The translations under genes were made by a program, and so were the position numbers. A stretch of DNA of 58,839 nt from a virus. Lineage: Duplodnaviria > Caudoviricetes. The stretch spans positions 1 through 58,839 of the IMG/VR virus record IMGVR_UViG_3300016476_000412. One strand, written 5' to 3'. Below are positions 56,756 to 58,839 of this stretch, piece after piece (the stretch's first letter is position 1; every line of letters starts with the position of its first letter). Under the pieces are notes generated by a model. The model searched no databases, was not told where the DNA came from, and was given only the letters and a program-made list of their open reading frames with translations.

Positions 56756-56813
56756 CGCTCTTTGACATCGTTAGAGACTGACATCTGAAACAGTGGTGTC
56801 GCGTCGACACCAC
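56756..56813 (+). promoter_or_regulatory. boxA-like antitermination element followed by a hairpin
   Basis: CGCTCTTTGACA 56756-56767; GTGGTGTCG-CGT-CGACACCAC 56793-56813. Confidence 0.55.
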
Positions 56814-56834
56814 ATATGCCACATGGAGACACAC

Positions 56835-57230
56835 ATGGCTATGTTTGCTATCGAACCCGTCGTTCTGACCGTCCGTCTGACCGTCAGCAAGGCGACCGAA
56901 GGCGGTCTGCTTGGCGGTATCACGTCGGTTGACGTGCTGACCGCGAACGGCGAAGCGGATGCACGCTTCTACGGCTTCGCCGACTATTCGGGCCGCATGG
57001 TCCTGAATTTCAAGGCGGACGGTCGCCCGGCTCAAAAGCCGAAGGCTGACAAGCCTGCGCCGAAGGCGCTGACCGCCAAGGACAAGACGGCGATCCCAGC
57101 CCCGGCGACCAAATCGCCGAAGGCCAAAGGTCACGGCAAGCCTGCGGCCGAAGCGCCCGCAGCACCTGCGGCGCAGCCCGACATGGCTGCCATCGTCGCC
57201 GCCGTCCTCGCAGCGATGCAGCAGAAGTAA
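56835..57230 (+). CDS. Early protein with Lys/Ala/Pro-rich (histone H1-like) tail
   Basis: GGAG SD, 131 aa, strong codon bias. Confidence 0.7.
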   Translation: MAMFAIEPVVLTVRLTVSKATEGGLLGGITSVDVLTANGEADARFYGFADYSGRMVLNFKADGRPAQKPKADKPAPKALTAKDKTAIPAPATKSPKAKGHGKPAAEAPAAPAAQPDMAAIVAAVLAAMQQK

Positions 57231-57236
57231 GAACCG

Positions 57237-57258
57237 GGCGGGCGCGCAAGCGCCCGCC
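57237..57258 (+). promoter_or_regulatory. GNRA-tetraloop hairpin
   Basis: GGCGGGCGC-GCAA-GCGCCCGCC directly after the stop codon. Confidence 0.5.
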
Positions 57259-57284
57259 TCACCTCTCACACAAGGAACCTTGAC

Positions 57285-57449
57285 ATGCAGAAGATCGACG
57301 ACATCCAGCGCGCATCCATCCGCCGCAGCGAAGCCTACCTGCGCAAGAAGGCGATGCAGCAGCCGACAGGCTACATCCGCGAGTTCATCTCGGGCGTCCT
57401 GTTTGCCATCTTAACAATCGCCGTCCTCATCATCGGCCTTGCACTGTAA
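57285..57449 (+). CDS. Tail-anchored small membrane protein not in the ORF track (54 aa)
   Basis: AAGGA SD; MQKIDDIQRASIRRSEAYLRKKAMQQPTGYIREFISGVLFAILTIAVLIIGLAL; followed by a terminator. Confidence 0.7.
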   Translation: MQKIDDIQRASIRRSEAYLRKKAMQQPTGYIREFISGVLFAILTIAVLIIGLAL

Positions 57450-57456
57450 ACCCATC

Positions 57457-57492
57457 AACCCGCCCGGTTCACCACCGGGCGGGTTTTTTCTT
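57457..57492 (+). terminator. Intrinsic terminator
   Basis: AACCCGCCCGGT-TCACC-ACCGGGCGGGTT then TTTTCTT. Confidence 0.88.
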
Positions 57493-57499
57493 GTCCGCT

Positions 57500-58065
57500 C
57501 GACAGAGTGTAAAGAAAGTCCCGCGCAGCGGAGGCATGTGCGTCAGGCTGCGCGCTTCGCTTGCCATACGTCGGGGGGCTGTAGCTCTTTACACGGAGTG
57601 GCCGGGACATATCACGCTCTACCTTTACAGTGTAAAGGGGGCAGGCTAAGTCATTGATATTGCACAGTATCTATTTTTGAGGGATAACACCTTTACACTT
57701 TCATACCGGGTTTTTGATGTAAAACTTTACAGTGTAAAGAAGCTAAGCCATTGATTTTCCACGAGATTCCACTGGGTGTGCGTGGCCTTCTTCATATAAA
57801 TAATATCAATTATCTAAAAAATACACGTTTTTTTTGTAATTTCGCGTAGGCGATGTTGAGCTGACCGAGGCGAGTTTTACACCTTTACATACAACCTGTA
57901 GTCCTGAACGATTTAGTAGCCCCTTTCCTAAAAAATCGCAGATAGTTGAGATACAAACTCACAACCCTTTGATTTCCCACAACTTTTACTATCTATTTTT
58001 CGTGTCCGAATTTGATACTTCGCCTTGACTCGCCCCGTTTTTTAGATACTGTGTGGTTTACATAC
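57500..58065. other. AT-rich non-coding region with iterated motifs, candidate replication origin
   Basis: Repeated TTTACA/TGTAAA, two CTTTACAGTGTAAAG palindromes, three WATCAA-N4-TTR boxes, TATCTA-A/T-tract repeats. Confidence 0.55.
58025..58052 (+). promoter_or_regulatory. Candidate sigma70-like promoter
   Basis: TTGACT-N16-TACTGT upstream of ORF 58082. Confidence 0.45.
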
Positions 58066-58081
58066 CACTAGGAGACGTCAC

Positions 58082-58399
58082 ATGACCCACTCTTACCTGT
58101 CCAAAGCCCTCGCCAACGCGGTGTCCCGTATCCCATACGAGTCCACATCCATGGATGTATTGGGTGTGTGTAAAGCATGGAGAGAGGACATCTCTGTCAT
58201 GGACAGGGATGTTGGTCCCGCTAAACCCGGTTTCCACCTTGTTCATATTGACAAGACGAAGTGGTATGGACCCGGTAATGTAAAGTGGATGCCTGCGCAT
58301 AAGGCACCTCAGTTCCGCAAGGATAACCCCGCGCTGCGCGCCTATTACGCGCGGACTCCCGTTGTCTACGGCACCCCGATCCCTAAGAGGTTTACATAA
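58082..58399 (+). CDS. Degenerate HNH-like protein
   Basis: AGGAG SD; DVGP.KPGFHLVHIDKTKWYGPGNVKW resembles the HNH core of ORF 1306. Confidence 0.55.
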   Translation: MTHSYLSKALANAVSRIPYESTSMDVLGVCKAWREDISVMDRDVGPAKPGFHLVHIDKTKWYGPGNVKWMPAHKAPQFRKDNPALRAYYARTPVVYGTPIPKRFT

Positions 58400-58419
58400 C
58401 CTCCCCCTTAGCCCCAAAC

Positions 58420-58448
58420 TTGACGCCGGATCGCCCTTCGGCTAGGTT
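58420..58448 (+). promoter_or_regulatory. Sigma70-like early promoter
   Basis: TTGACG-N17-TAGGTT. Confidence 0.6.
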
Positions 58449-58535
58449 GCTGGGGCTGGCCGAGGTCCGACCCAAACACCTCCGGTTCCCGCAAATCTCT
58501 CCATCTCCTTCTTAACACTCACCGGAGTATCCCAC

Positions 58536-58811
58536 ATGGCTAATCGCTGGTTCAAACTGGCCGACCTCGCCGAAGAACTTAACACCAAGACCTTGACGGT
58601 CCGTCCCCTTCTCCGTCCTTACATCTCTCAGGCTGATGCCGTGTATGACTACACCGTTGGTCATGAGTTCGTGGTTATCGACCAGTCGTCCCCTCTTAAC
58701 GACTGCCGTGTCACTGTCTGTGACCGTCACACCCTCAAGAACACCTATGGTGTTACCCACCTTGACATCCAGTTCAACCCCGGAATGTCCCCTGTTCAGG
58801 TGGTGCTGTGA
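58536..58811 (+). CDS. Hypothetical early protein
   Basis: GGAG SD, 91 aa; TGATG coupling to a further ORF running off the window end. Confidence 0.65.
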   Translation: MANRWFKLADLAEELNTKTLTVRPLLRPYISQADAVYDYTVGHEFVVIDQSSPLNDCRVTVCDRHTLKNTYGVTHLDIQFNPGMSPVQVVL

Positions 58812-58839
58812 TGCGTCTTGGTTTTGCACAGCCCGACTA

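Noticed and set aside
57490-57610. Possible structured ncRNA or tRNA after the terminator
   Set aside because: No cloverleaf or convincing stems by eye; it would need a covariance search

Overview
The window looks like a near-complete, high-GC tailed dsDNA phage genome with podovirus-like architecture. The host is probably alphaproteobacterial, on weak clues only. The + strand arm (56.8 kb to the end, then 1-20.4 kb) carries early and replication genes: a MoxR-like AAA ATPase, HNH nuclease, VWA/metallopeptidase, many small ORFs, a DUF5664-type nucleotide hydrolase, family A DNA polymerase, Cas4-like exonuclease, VRR-NUC nuclease, SNF2 helicase, SSB-like protein, HTH regulator and primase-helicase. 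The - strand arm (56.5 to 20.4 kb) carries terminase subunits, a tailspike/fibre cassette with a heme oxygenase-like gene, portal, scaffold, major capsid, adaptors, fibres, M15 endolysin, holin and internal virion proteins, including a 2529-aa giant. No integrase, tRNA, rRNA or CRISPR array was seen. The most notable items are: (1) eight unrelated small early proteins share a C-terminal [TAS]-x-x-[RK]-[LMI]-x-(G) helix motif, clustered around the AAA/VWA-peptidase module, which may be an undescribed tagging or docking system; (2) a complete type II hammerhead ribozyme with pseudoknot lies just upstream of the AAA gene; (3) an FN3-like domain is split across two tail genes; (4) a candidate Acb2/Tad1-like nucleotide sponge; (5) an origin-like region with palindromic repeats and three IHF-consensus boxes. 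All family assignments come from motif recognition by eye; no searches were run.
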